NCBI GenBank assembly: GCA_041661845.1
Contig: JBAZTQ010000001.1
Span: 11,361-75,360 of the forward strand
DNA from: Kiritimatiellales bacterium
Lineage (GTDB): Bacteria; Verrucomicrobiota; Kiritimatiellia; Kiritimatiellales; Tichowtungiaceae
Length of the DNA: 64,000 nucleotides
Direction of reading: 5' to 3'
The position numbers and the translations under genes are program-made. The notes under the pieces are model-generated. The model was given only the letters and a program-made list of their open reading frames with translations, was not told the DNA's origin and did not search any database. Below are positions 32,772-42,800 of this stretch, piece after piece; the first letter of the stretch is position 1, and each line of letters starts with the position of its first letter.

Positions 32772-35700
32772 ATGAATTTAAAAGACGACCAGACGCTGAT
32801 TGCCCGGTTTATCAGACAGGCCGCCGAACATCCGGGCCTCGCCGCTGTCCGTTACGGCGAAACCGTTATCTCATACGCCGAACTGAATCGCCGCTCACTG
32901 GAGCTTGCCCGGGTGTTGCGTGCGAACGGAGCGGGGCGCGATGTGCCGGTTGCCATCTGTCTGGAGCGCTCGCCGGAGCTGATTATTGCAATACTGGCGG
33001 TTCTGCGTGCCGGCAGCGCTTATTTGGCGCTCGATCCCGTTTATCCGCAGGAACGCCTTATGTTTATGCTGGCGGACAGCGGCGCGCCGGTTGTGATCAC
33101 GACAGCGGCGCGCCGGTCTCATTTCATTGCCGGTGCCGCGGTTGTTGCACCGGATGAATCGTTGCCGTTTTCAGCTGACTGGGAACTGCCGGAAACTGAT
33201 GATCTCGCCTACGTTATTTATACCTCCGGCTCCACCGGAAAACCGAAAGGGGTGCTTTGTCCCCATCGCGGCGCGCTCAATATGCTTGATGATGCGCAGC
33301 ACCGCCGCCCGCTCGGCCTTGACGACGTGTGCAGCTGGTGGACCGGCGTTGGTTTTGATGTTTCCGTCTATGAAATTTTTTCGCCGCTCATTTGCGGGGC
33401 TGCGCTGTTTATCATGCCGGATGAAATCCGTCTGGATGCTGCCAGATTAATGGATTGGCTCTGTGCAAAAAAGATCACTTCCGCTTATATCCCGCCGGCC
33501 ATGATCGCCGATCTGGAAATCTGGACGCGCGAGCATTCCGGGCATAGCCGCCTGCGCCGCCTGCTTACCGGTGTCGAACCGGTTCCGGAACGGCGGCTGA
33601 TGAATATTGCCCGCGCTGTGCCTGAGCTGTGTATCATCAACGGCTACGGCCCGACCGAGGCCGCAGTTTATTGCACCTGCTATTGCGTGGACGTTTCCGG
33701 CGACCCGCACCGTAGCACGCCGATCGGCAAGGCACTTGAGGGCGTTGAAATTTTTCTGTTCAACAGCCGGATGGAACCCGTTGCCGGCGGTGAAGAGGGC
33801 GAAATCTATATCGGCGGCGTGCAGGTGGCGCGCGGGTACCTGAACTGTCCCCGCCTGACGGCGGAACACTTCCTTGAAACACCGTACGGGCGGCTCTACC
33901 GCACCGGCGACCGGGCCGTGCGGCTGCCCGGCGGCAATCTGCTGTTTTCCGGACGCACGGACCGGCAGATAAAAATTCTCGGCTGCCGCGTGGAGCCCGG
34001 CGAAATTGAATCCGCACTTTGCCGGATCGACGGGGTGCGCGAAGCGGTGGTGGCGGTTTGCGAAGATATTCCCGGCATCCAGCGCCTCGTCGGCTATTAC
34101 ACCATACAGGGAGCCTGCACCCTTACGGACGATAAAATACGCCGCTCGCTTGAACGTGAACTGCCGGCATATATGATTCCGTCGCTGTTTATCCGGCTGA
34201 CGCATATTCCGCTCACGCCCAACGGTAAAACCGACCGCAAGGCGCTGCCCCCGCCGGCCCCCGCCGCTCTCCGGCAATTGCGCGCCGGGGAGTTCAAGCC
34301 GCCGGTTTCGGCAACCGAGAAGACGGTCGCAGAGCTGTTCGCAGCGGTACTGAAGACCGGCCCGGCCGGATTGAACGACCACTTTTTTGCACTCGGCGGT
34401 CACTCGCTGCTGGCCACGCAGCTGGCGTCGAAAATACAGACCGAGCTGCGGGTGGATGTTTCGCTCAGGGATATTTATGAAAATCCGGCGGCGGGACAGC
34501 TTGCCGCTTTGATCAGCTCCCGTCACAGCACAGGAACCGTTTCCGGCGACATTCCTCTTGCCGCCGGGCGTTCTTCATATCCGCTGACACCGTCGCAGCG
34601 TACCATGTGGATGCTTCATCAGTCTGACCGTTCGGGCATTCTGTCTAATATTCCCGAAGTGGTTCATCTGCGCGGCCCGCTGAATATTGAAGTGATGGAA
34701 CGTGCGTTCAACGAAGTTATCCGGCGCCACGACTCGCTGCGTATGGTTTACACCATGGAAAAAGGCGAAATGGTGCAGCGCCCGCTCGACAAAGTTCATG
34801 TGCCCGTCAAGTTCACGGATTTGAGCGGGCTCGATGCCGCCGAACGTGACCGCCGCGCAGCGGAAATGCGGCTGAAAAACGGCCGCCGTATTTTTGATCT
34901 TTCCGAAGGCCCGCTCATTTATGCTGAATTGGTCAAGCTGGCCGAAAACTATTTTCAGCTTTTCTTTAACATTCATCACATCGCTGCTGACGGCTGGGGC
35001 ATCAGCCTGTTTAACACGGAATTCGCTGAACTTTATGAGGCATTTCTCGATGGCCGTCCATCGCCGCTGCCGCCGGTCGGCCGGCAGTATTCCGATGTCG
35101 CCGCATGGCTTGATGAACGCATCCGGAGCGGCGCGCTGCAATCGCAGCTTGATTACTGGAAAGAAAAGCTGGCTGCACCGCGTCCCGATCTCCATTTCCC
35201 TCTCGATCACAAACGGCCTGAAGTTTCTGCGCACCGCGGTACGCGTCATGCTTTCGTCATTTCGCCGGACATCACTAAGGCGCTCACGGCGCTGGGCCGC
35301 CGCGAAAGCGCTTCGCTGTTTATGGTGCTGTCCGCCGTCTGGCAGACGCTGCTGCATCGCGCCACCGGCTCGGCCGACGTCATTACCGGCACCGCTATCG
35401 CCAACCGCAACCACCCGCAGACCGAAAAAATCATCGGCACTTTTATCAACGCACTCTCATTGCGCACTGATTTCACCGGCGCACTTTCATTTTCCGCCGT
35501 GCTTGACAGAGTACGGCGCGCCGCCCTCGAAGCTTACGCACAGCAGGATATACCGTTCGAAAAAGTCATGGAGGCCGTCAATGACGGAACGCACCATCCT
35601 GTTTTCCGCAACTCGCTCATTCTGCATAACATGGCGCTGCCGGCCAAACAGTTTGCCGGCCTCACACTGACGGATGATGAAGTCGGCAACGGCACGTCCA

Positions 35701-38700
35701 AAATGGACATGCTGCTCTACTTCATCGAGCGCGACGGGCAGCTGGAAGGGCAGCTGGAATATGATGCGGAACTTTTCGATGCCGCCACCGCCGAACAGAC
35801 GGCGGCCGATTTTTTGATGCTGGCGCGGCAGGCGGTCAAAGATCCGTGCCGTCCGCTCGGCGACTATCTGCGGACGGGCGGCGAAGAGGCACCAACCTGT
35901 TTTGTAATCGGCGAGGGTTCCCTGTGTCTGCGCTGCACCGAAGTGCTGCGCCGCCGGGGCCTGCGGGTGCTCGGACTTATTTCGCCTGATACCGCCAACC
36001 GCCGCCGGGCGAAAGAAAAGGGTGTGCCGTGGCATCATCCGGATGAAGGGTTCGTCAAAATTCTTTCTGCGCAGCCGTTCGATTTTCTCTTCAGCATCGT
36101 CAACAGTTTCATTCTCAAGCCGGAGGTGCTTGCGCTGCCGCGCCGCTGTGCCATCAATTATCACGACGCGCCGCTGCCGCGCTATGCCGGGGTTTATTCC
36201 ACCGCGTGGGCCATTATCAACCGCGAGCGGTTCCACGGTATCAGCTGGCATTTGATGGCGGATGAGGTGGACGCGGGCGACCTGCTCAAGCAGCGTACCG
36301 TGAAAATTTTTGAAAACGACACTTCGTTCACGCTTAACGCCCGCTGCTACGACACAGCCATTGAAGCACTCAGCGAACTGGCGCTGGAACTGGTCGAAGG
36401 GCGCGAAATCCGTACGCCGCAGGATCTGCGCAAACGCAGCTATTATCCGCTTTATAAACGGCCGGTTTACGGCGGTATGATCGACTGGAGCCGCCCGCAG
36501 GCCGAAACCGATGCACTGCGCCGCGCGCTTGATTTCGGGAATCAGCCTAACGATCTCGGTCTTCCAAAAGTACTGTTTGGCGGCGAACTCTATGTGCTTA
36601 AATCCGACGGCACCATGTTTACCCTGGACGGCGATCCGACTGAGTTTCGCCTTTCCGCGGTCGGCGAGTCGGCCGCCTGGGTTGTCAATGAACCGTTGTT
36701 TTTAAACCTTGGAAAAAAGCTGGAAGCGCTGAATGCTGAACTGGCCGGGCATGAACATTTCTGGGTGCGCTGTTTCGAAAACCTCCAGCCTTTGGAAATC
36801 CCCGCCGGTATTGACCGTGCGAACCATCACTATACGCTTACCGACTTGCCGTTATTTCTGTGTTTCCTTTCCCGTTTCTGTTCACAGGAACATTTCACTG
36901 CCGGGTGGAAAACCGAAACACCGGTGCCGGAATTTTCCGCCGATATTGTTCCCCTTCATGTCGAGCTGAATACCAATGAGTTGCTGGCGGATAATCTGTT
37001 CCGCGCGGAAAAGTCGCTTGAAACCTGCCGGAAGCGGAAAACCTATGTGCGCGACCTGTTCCAGAGGTTTCCGTCGCTGCGCAAGCCGCCGGTTTACCAT
37101 GTTTTACTTGGTGAAAACGAAGTGCGCTGCCCGGCTGAAATATGGGAGCACTTTCGCGCCTTCCGCCAGGCAGCAGACCTCCGTCAGCCGCTCTATGCTC
37201 AATCGGTGCTGACGGTACACGATCGGCGTGATCTCGAAAAATTCCAGGTGTGCACTCCCGGTTTCGATGAAACCCGCTGCATCCACGAGCTCTTCGAGGC
37301 ACAGGCTGAAAAGACACCGCGCGCGACAGCCGTTGAGGGAGCGGATAAAAAACTGACCTATGCTGAACTTAATTTGCGGGCCGATGCGCTGGCGGTGCGG
37401 TTGCAGGCACTGGGAGTCACGCCCGACACACCGGTCGGCCTTTTTGTAAATCGCTCGCCCGAAATGTGCATTGGTATTCTTGGTATTCTCAAAGCGGGCG
37501 GCGCCTATGTTCCGCTCGATCCCGACTATCCAGCGGACCGCCTCGAATTTATCATGGGCGACATGGCTATGCCGATGATCGTCACCGTCGAAGCGCTCAG
37601 CGAACGGGTTGAGGCGGCGGGACGTGCAGTTGTTTGCATCGACCTGATTAAAGACGCCGGAACTAAACCGGACGTCCGTGTCACAGGCTCCAATCTGGCA
37701 TACATCTTCTACACGTCCGGTTCCACCGGCAAACCGAAGGGTGTGATGGTGGAACACCGCAATGTGGTGAACCACTGTCTGGCCTCGGTTCAAACGTATG
37801 GCATCGGTGCCAAAGACCGCGTCCTTCAGTTTTTCTCGATGAACTTCGACGGCTCGGTCGAAGAGCTTTTCCCGGCGTGGGCTTCCGGCGGTACGGTGGT
37901 GCTGCGCAGTAATGAACTGTCCAGTTCGGTTTCAGAGTTTGAAGAATTTATTGCGCGCCGGAAAATCACTGTCGCCGATCTGCCGACGGCCTACTGGCAC
38001 GAATGGGTGCGCAACCTGCGCGCTGTGCCGCAAATTCTGCGCGCCGTCATTATCGGCGGCGAAAAAGTTTCAGCGGAACTCTGCCGCGTCTGGCTGCAGA
38101 AAGACGGCGGCAAGGTTCGGCTTTTCAATACCTACGGCCCGACGGAATGCACGGTGGTGGCCACCGTTCATGAACTGACCGGTGCTGTCACCGGCGAAGT
38201 GCCGATCGGTCTGCCGATTGCCGGCACGGCGCTCTACGTGGCGGACACGCGGCAACAGCTTGTACCGCTGGGTATGCCCGGTGAACTGCTCATCGGCGGC
38301 GAAGGCGTTGCACGCGGTTATCTCAACCGGCCCGATCTGACCCGCGAAAAATTCATCCGCAATCCGTGGGGCGACGGAATGCTTTACCGCACCGGCGACC
38401 TCGTTTGCCGTCAGCCGGACGGAAGTATCGGCTTTATGGGGCGTGTGGATAATCAGGTTAAGATCCGCGGTTTCCGCATTGAGCCCGACGGAATCGCCGC
38501 CGTATTGGAGCAGCACAGCGACATTGCTCAGGCGGTTGTGACAGCCCGTGACGATCTTTCGGAGCAGAAGGAACTGGCCGCTTACTACATTCCGGAACCG
38601 GGCCTTTCGCCGTCGGTCAGCGAATTGCGTGCTTTTCTCGCCGCCAACCTGCCTGAGTACATGGTTCCTGTTGCTTTCATGGAACTGGATGAATTTCCGG

Positions 38701-39818
38701 TTGCGCCCGGCGGAAAGGTCGACCGGAAGGCGTTACCATCGCCGGTAAAATCTGTGACCCGATCGTTTAATAACTATGCGGAGCCCGTGACAATTCAGCA
38801 AAAAACGCTGGCGGAAATCTGGTCGGCGGTGCTCGGTATGGATCCGGTCGGCATCCACGATAATTTCTTTGATCTCGGCGGCCATTCGCTGCTGGCCATT
38901 CAGCTGGTCGAACGGATTCTTTCCTCCGGACTGTCGCTCACCGTCGCACAGCTCTTTCAATATCCAACGATTGCACAAATGGCTGAAATCATCGGAACAC
39001 GCGGTGATACGGAATATAAATCGCTGGTCTGCCTCAAGGAAGGTGTGCCGGGCCGTGTGCCGTTATTCCTGCTGCACAGTGCGCCGGGCGATCTGCTGGG
39101 TTATTCGAATCTGGTACACAATCTGCCGCCGGAGCAGCCGGTATACGGCTTTCAGTCGCTCGGGCTGATTGATCCGGACAATGTCCATTCAACCATTCCG
39201 GAAATGGCCGCTCATTATGTTTCCGTGCTGCGCGAATTTCTGCCGGCCGGGCCGTATCTTCTCGGCGGCTGGTGCTATGGCGGCTATGTCGCCATGGAAA
39301 TGGCCCGCCGGCTGATGGAGCAGGGATGCACTGTGAAACTGCTCGCGCTGATCGACGCATGGGCCTATCCGCCCGCCGAGCGGCGAATCGCTTTCTATTG
39401 GCGGCGCCTCCGGCTCATGCGCATCATCGGACTCCGGCAATGGCTGGATATCATTTTTAAACGCGCCATGAATTTGTTTCATGATGAAGCCGCCGACGCC
39501 GTCAAAATGCTCGACGGCGTGCAGGCCACGGAGGGGGTGCTGGCTAACCGCGAAGAGGTTTACCGCCGCAACCGCGAAGCCGCGCTGCGCTACAACCCGC
39601 GGTTTTATCCCGGTCACGTCGCGCTTTTCCGTTCAGACGAGCTGGCGGCCTGGTTTCTTCCTGATATGACTATGGAATGGGCGGTGCTCACGGAAGATCA
39701 GGATATCTATCTGATTCCCGGCGGGCACCGCGATATGCTGCGCGAACCTGCTGTCAAGGTGCTCGCCGCGCGTCTCAACGACAGTATCGAAAAAGCATTA
39801 CAACAAAGCCGGAGCTGA
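32772..39818 (+). CDS. Bimodular non-ribosomal peptide synthetase: A1-T1-C-(formyltransferase-like)-(unassigned ~245 aa)-A2-T2-TE
   Basis: A1: LAYVIYTSGSTGKPKGV, NGYGPTE, YRTGD, GRTDRQIKILGCRVEPGEIE, NGKTDRKAL. T1: FFALGGHSLLA (Ser545). C: NIHHIAADGWG (aa 735-741). Fmt-like region: INYHDAPLPRYAG...EVDAGDLL. A2: LAYIFYTSGSTGKPKGV, NTYGPTE, YRTGD, GRVDNQVKIRGFRIEPDGI, GGKVDRKAL. T2: FFDLGGHSLLA (Ser2039). TE: LFLLHSAPGD, GGWCYGG, IPGGHRDML. Confidence 0.97.
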   Translation: MNLKDDQTLIARFIRQAAEHPGLAAVRYGETVISYAELNRRSLELARVLRANGAGRDVPVAICLERSPELIIAILAVLRAGSAYLALDPVYPQERLMFMLADSGAPVVITTAARRSHFIAGAAVVAPDESLPFSADWELPETDDLAYVIYTSGSTGKPKGVLCPHRGALNMLDDAQHRRPLGLDDVCSWWTGVGFDVSVYEIFSPLICGAALFIMPDEIRLDAARLMDWLCAKKITSAYIPPAMIADLEIWTREHSGHSRLRRLLTGVEPVPERRLMNIARAVPELCIINGYGPTEAAVYCTCYCVDVSGDPHRSTPIGKALEGVEIFLFNSRMEPVAGGEEGEIYIGGVQVARGYLNCPRLTAEHFLETPYGRLYRTGDRAVRLPGGNLLFSGRTDRQIKILGCRVEPGEIESALCRIDGVREAVVAVCEDIPGIQRLVGYYTIQGACTLTDDKIRRSLERELPAYMIPSLFIRLTHIPLTPNGKTDRKALPPPAPAALRQLRAGEFKPPVSATEKTVAELFAAVLKTGPAGLNDHFFALGGHSLLATQLASKIQTELRVDVSLRDIYENPAAGQLAALISSRHSTGTVSGDIPLAAGRSSYPLTPSQRTMWMLHQSDRSGILSNIPEVVHLRGPLNIEVMERAFNEVIRRHDSLRMVYTMEKGEMVQRPLDKVHVPVKFTDLSGLDAAERDRRAAEMRLKNGRRIFDLSEGPLIYAELVKLAENYFQLFFNIHHIAADGWGISLFNTEFAELYEAFLDGRPSPLPPVGRQYSDVAAWLDERIRSGALQSQLDYWKEKLAAPRPDLHFPLDHKRPEVSAHRGTRHAFVISPDITKALTALGRRESASLFMVLSAVWQTLLHRATGSADVITGTAIANRNHPQTEKIIGTFINALSLRTDFTGALSFSAVLDRVRRAALEAYAQQDIPFEKVMEAVNDGTHHPVFRNSLILHNMALPAKQFAGLTLTDDEVGNGTSKMDMLLYFIERDGQLEGQLEYDAELFDAATAEQTAADFLMLARQAVKDPCRPLGDYLRTGGEEAPTCFVIGEGSLCLRCTEVLRRRGLRVLGLISPDTANRRRAKEKGVPWHHPDEGFVKILSAQPFDFLFSIVNSFILKPEVLALPRRCAINYHDAPLPRYAGVYSTAWAIINRERFHGISWHLMADEVDAGDLLKQRTVKIFENDTSFTLNARCYDTAIEALSELALELVEGREIRTPQDLRKRSYYPLYKRPVYGGMIDWSRPQAETDALRRALDFGNQPNDLGLPKVLFGGELYVLKSDGTMFTLDGDPTEFRLSAVGESAAWVVNEPLFLNLGKKLEALNAELAGHEHFWVRCFENLQPLEIPAGIDRANHHYTLTDLPLFLCFLSRFCSQEHFTAGWKTETPVPEFSADIVPLHVELNTNELLADNLFRAEKSLETCRKRKTYVRDLFQRFPSLRKPPVYHVLLGENEVRCPAEIWEHFRAFRQAADLRQPLYAQSVLTVHDRRDLEKFQVCTPGFDETRCIHELFEAQAEKTPRATAVEGADKKLTYAELNLRADALAVRLQALGVTPDTPVGLFVNRSPEMCIGILGILKAGGAYVPLDPDYPADRLEFIMGDMAMPMIVTVEALSERVEAAGRAVVCIDLIKDAGTKPDVRVTGSNLAYIFYTSGSTGKPKGVMVEHRNVVNHCLASVQTYGIGAKDRVLQFFSMNFDGSVEELFPAWASGGTVVLRSNELSSSVSEFEEFIARRKITVADLPTAYWHEWVRNLRAVPQILRAVIIGGEKVSAELCRVWLQKDGGKVRLFNTYGPTECTVVATVHELTGAVTGEVPIGLPIAGTALYVADTRQQLVPLGMPGELLIGGEGVARGYLNRPDLTREKFIRNPWGDGMLYRTGDLVCRQPDGSIGFMGRVDNQVKIRGFRIEPDGIAAVLEQHSDIAQAVVTARDDLSEQKELAAYYIPEPGLSPSVSELRAFLAANLPEYMVPVAFMELDEFPVAPGGKVDRKALPSPVKSVTRSFNNYAEPVTIQQKTLAEIWSAVLGMDPVGIHDNFFDLGGHSLLAIQLVERILSSGLSLTVAQLFQYPTIAQMAEIIGTRGDTEYKSLVCLKEGVPGRVPLFLLHSAPGDLLGYSNLVHNLPPEQPVYGFQSLGLIDPDNVHSTIPEMAAHYVSVLREFLPAGPYLLGGWCYGGYVAMEMARRLMEQGCTVKLLALIDAWAYPPAERRIAFYWRRLRLMRIIGLRQWLDIIFKRAMNLFHDEAADAVKMLDGVQATEGVLANREEVYRRNREAALRYNPRFYPGHVALFRSDELAAWFLPDMTMEWAVLTEDQDIYLIPGGHRDMLREPAVKVLAARLNDSIEKALQQSRS
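35898..36540 (+). other. Formyltransferase (Fmt/GART N-terminal domain)-like domain embedded in the NRPS (aa ~1043-1256)
   Basis: CFVIGEGSLCLRC...FDFLFSIVNSFILKPEVLALPRRCAINYHDAPLPRYAGVYSTAWAIINRERFHGISWHLMADEVDAGDLL. Asn1129, His1131 and Asp1167 are spaced exactly like Asn108/His110/Asp146 of E. coli Fmt, as I remember that numbering. Confidence 0.7.
39021..39815 (+). other. Type I thioesterase domain of the NRPS with Cys in the nucleophile position (GWCYG)
   Basis: VPLFLLHSAPGDLLGY...PYLLGGWCYGGYVAMEMA...LALIDAW...IPGGHRDML. TGC at 39273-39275 encodes Cys2168, where GxSxG normally has Ser. Confidence 0.85.
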
Positions 39819-42800
39819 GCTGTTGCGACGGTGCTGTTTGAAAAAGTTCCACATCACGGTGTTGGCATCAAAAGTGGCGGTTTTTCCGTAGGTCTTTTCC
39901 GGCAGCTGCCCGGCGCGGCCCGGCCAGGTGTGTCCTCCGTTTTCGATGCGGCAGAAGATTACTTCGGCGTGATTGCGGGGACAGGAATATTCCGTGCGGG
40001 TAACGTGCGTTCCGCTGTCAGCGTCCTGAGTAAGTTCGGTCTGAACAGGTACTTTGTCGCAACCGTTCTTTTCGGCCCACCACGCGATGTATTGATTGGC
40101 GGAAAGACCGGAGCCGCGGTGAGTGCCCGCGCTTCCGCCGCTGTAATAGGCAAACGGATCGGCGGTGCCGTGAAAATAGAGAACCGGCACCGGAACGGCG
40201 GGTTTCCAGTCATCGGCCGCGCGGGTACCGATGGTTCCGGCAACCGGCGCGATGGCGGCGATTCGCCCTGAAAGTTCAACGGCGATCCGGTTGGCCATGC
40301 TGGCACCGTTGGAGTAGCCCGTCACATAAACGCGTTCGGGGTCGGCGTGAAAGTGGCGGACGGCTTGATCAATCAGCGCGGAAATAAAAGCGGTGTCGTT
40401 GACTTCGGGAACGCGCCCGTCGTTCCAGTACAGCTTGCCTTTGTACAGGCCGACGGCATTCGGATAGGCGGCAATAAAACCGTTCTGATCCGCTGTGTCG
40501 GACATTCCCGTCAGCTTTTCCATTTCGCTGCCGGTCATCTGCCCGCCGTGCAGGACGATCACCATCGGCAGCGGCCCGCCGGAAGTCTTTCCGGACGGCA
40601 GGTGAAAATGGCAGGTGCGCGGGCGGCCGTCAACCGTCAGCGTGCAGTCGGAGACAGGTTGAGGGGTTTTTCCGGAAAGCGGGTGGCGCTTGAAAAAGTC
40701 CCAGATAAAACCGGTGGCATCGAGTTTGTCAGTTGTTTGGCCGACCCAGCTTTCCGGCAGCAGACTCTTGCCGCCGGCCCAGGTATGCCCCTGACCGGCG
40801 ACGGTCACAAAAACGATCGCCGGATTTTCCGGCACGGAACCGAAGGTTTCGATGCGGACGCCGTTGTTTTCGCTTGTCGTTTCCGCCGTTTCGGGACAGC
40901 CGATGGCCTTGGCCCATTTCACGATGGAGTCCCGTACCGGCGGTTTTGGCTTGGCCCGCATCGAATCACTGCTGCCGCCGAATTTCATCTTCGGTACGCC
41001 GCCGGCGAGGAGATTGAGCGGGTCGTCTGCGCCCGTGAGATAACACATGGGAAGGGGGCGCTCCAGTCTGTCCGGCTCAATCCAGCACGCGCCGGCATCA
41101 GGCGCAATGGCGGCGATCCGCTTTGATGCCGCAGCGCCGAACCGGAACGCCATCGAAGCGCCGTTGGAAAAGCCGGTGACAAAAATCCGCCGCGAATCCA
41201 CAGCAAATTTTGCACACAGCTCGTCGAGCACCGCGTTGAGAAAAGCGACGTCATCAACCGGCGTCTGGCCGGGATAAAAACGGTCGGAACCGTCATTCCA
41301 GAGCTGCGGATTGCGAGAAAAACTGCCCGGCTTTGAAGGATCGCGGGCCAGCGCATCGGGAAAGGCGGCAAGGAAATTTTCCTGATCGGCCTTGCCGCCC
41401 CAGCCGGTTTCCTGCGCGGCGGCTTTGCCGGTTCCGCCGCCGCCGTGCAGCATGACCACCGCCGGAACCGCTTTCTTTCCGTCATACTGCGGCGGCACGT
41501 GAACAGTGTAATGCCGGTTGAGTTCTCCGCACCGGAGAGTGAATTCATGATCACCGGGAGGCACCGCCGCTTTTTCCGGCTGCTGCGGAGTGCTGATCAG
41601 TGCTTCAACTTGCGATTTTGTCATGCAGCGGGTTTCCGGATAATAAACGCCCATCCGTTTGCGGACAGCATCCGGGTTGCGGTTGCGTACGGAAAGATCG
41701 GCCTCCTGCCAGGTGACGAGCTGCGGCGCGTATTTCCAGACATTGGAAGCGGTGGACATAATGCGCATATTGATGCTCAGCGTTGAGCCGGCCGGCCAGT
41801 CTCGCCAGGTGATGCCGTTGGCTTCTGTTGCACAGGCCGGACGATCCTCTTTGCGCCCGATCACGATGGTGTAAAAACCGTTCGAACCGGTCGCAACCGT
41901 TTCGTCGGTGACGTTGACAACCGGTGTCAGGCGGGTCGGGCTTCCGGCGTGCATGGAAAGATTCCAGTAGCGCAGTTCATTGTCCGGCTCCATGACCGGA
42001 TTGCCCTGAAGAGTGTGCGGCACGCGCGGCATTTTTCCGCGGAAGACCAGCATCTGTCCGGGGCCGATGTTGGCGGAGCTGACCAGATAGGTGTTGTAGA
42101 TGTGGTGATCGCTGACGTGTTCATCATTGCCGGGTGGCGGCGTATCCGGGCCCATCTCTCCGAAGGCCCGGCGGTAGCGGGCGGACAGTTCACAGCGGCC
42201 TCCGGCAAGGTTGTCTTTTCCGAGGTAGTCTTTGAAATAGGTAACGAGCCACGGCGTCTGGAACACCTTGTATAGCATGATTTGTCCATCCGGCCCGTCG
42301 AGCAGCCGGTGGGTTTCCGGATTGTACGTGCCGGGTTGTCCACCAGCCTGCACGGCTTTGCGGGCATAGTCGCGCAGCAGTTCGTCGGCTTCTTTTTCTT
42401 TGAGGGAGAGACCGTCAGCCAGGGCAGGATTTTCCTGAAGCGAATAGCCGGCCACGAATTTACGGAGGTTCACCGGCATGGCGCGGCTGACGGGTGCCAG
42501 TACCGGTTCTTTACCCGGAAGCTGCAGGCGGATCACCGGCGGCTCCACGCCGCCGTACGGATCGTAATGATCAGGCAGATACATGCGCATATAAACCACC
42601 GGGCCGCGCGCTTTCGGACTGCCGAAAAGTTTGCCCGGCTCCGTCGTCGCGGTTCCGCCGATGCGCAGGTTGCCGGGTGCGCGGTACGGCGGAACCGCCG
42701 CCGCGCCGTTCAGCAGCACCGGATCGCCGTCACGCAGTTCAAAAGTGATATGAAAGTGGCGCTTTTGCGCGTTGCGGTCGGCACCGGGCCGGAAGGGATT

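Noticed and set aside
33447-37793. Several 230-360-aa minus-strand ORFs inside the NRPS gene.
   Set aside because: The plus-strand reading frame carries the complete set of NRPS core motifs. The antisense ORFs are Arg/Gly-rich shadows.
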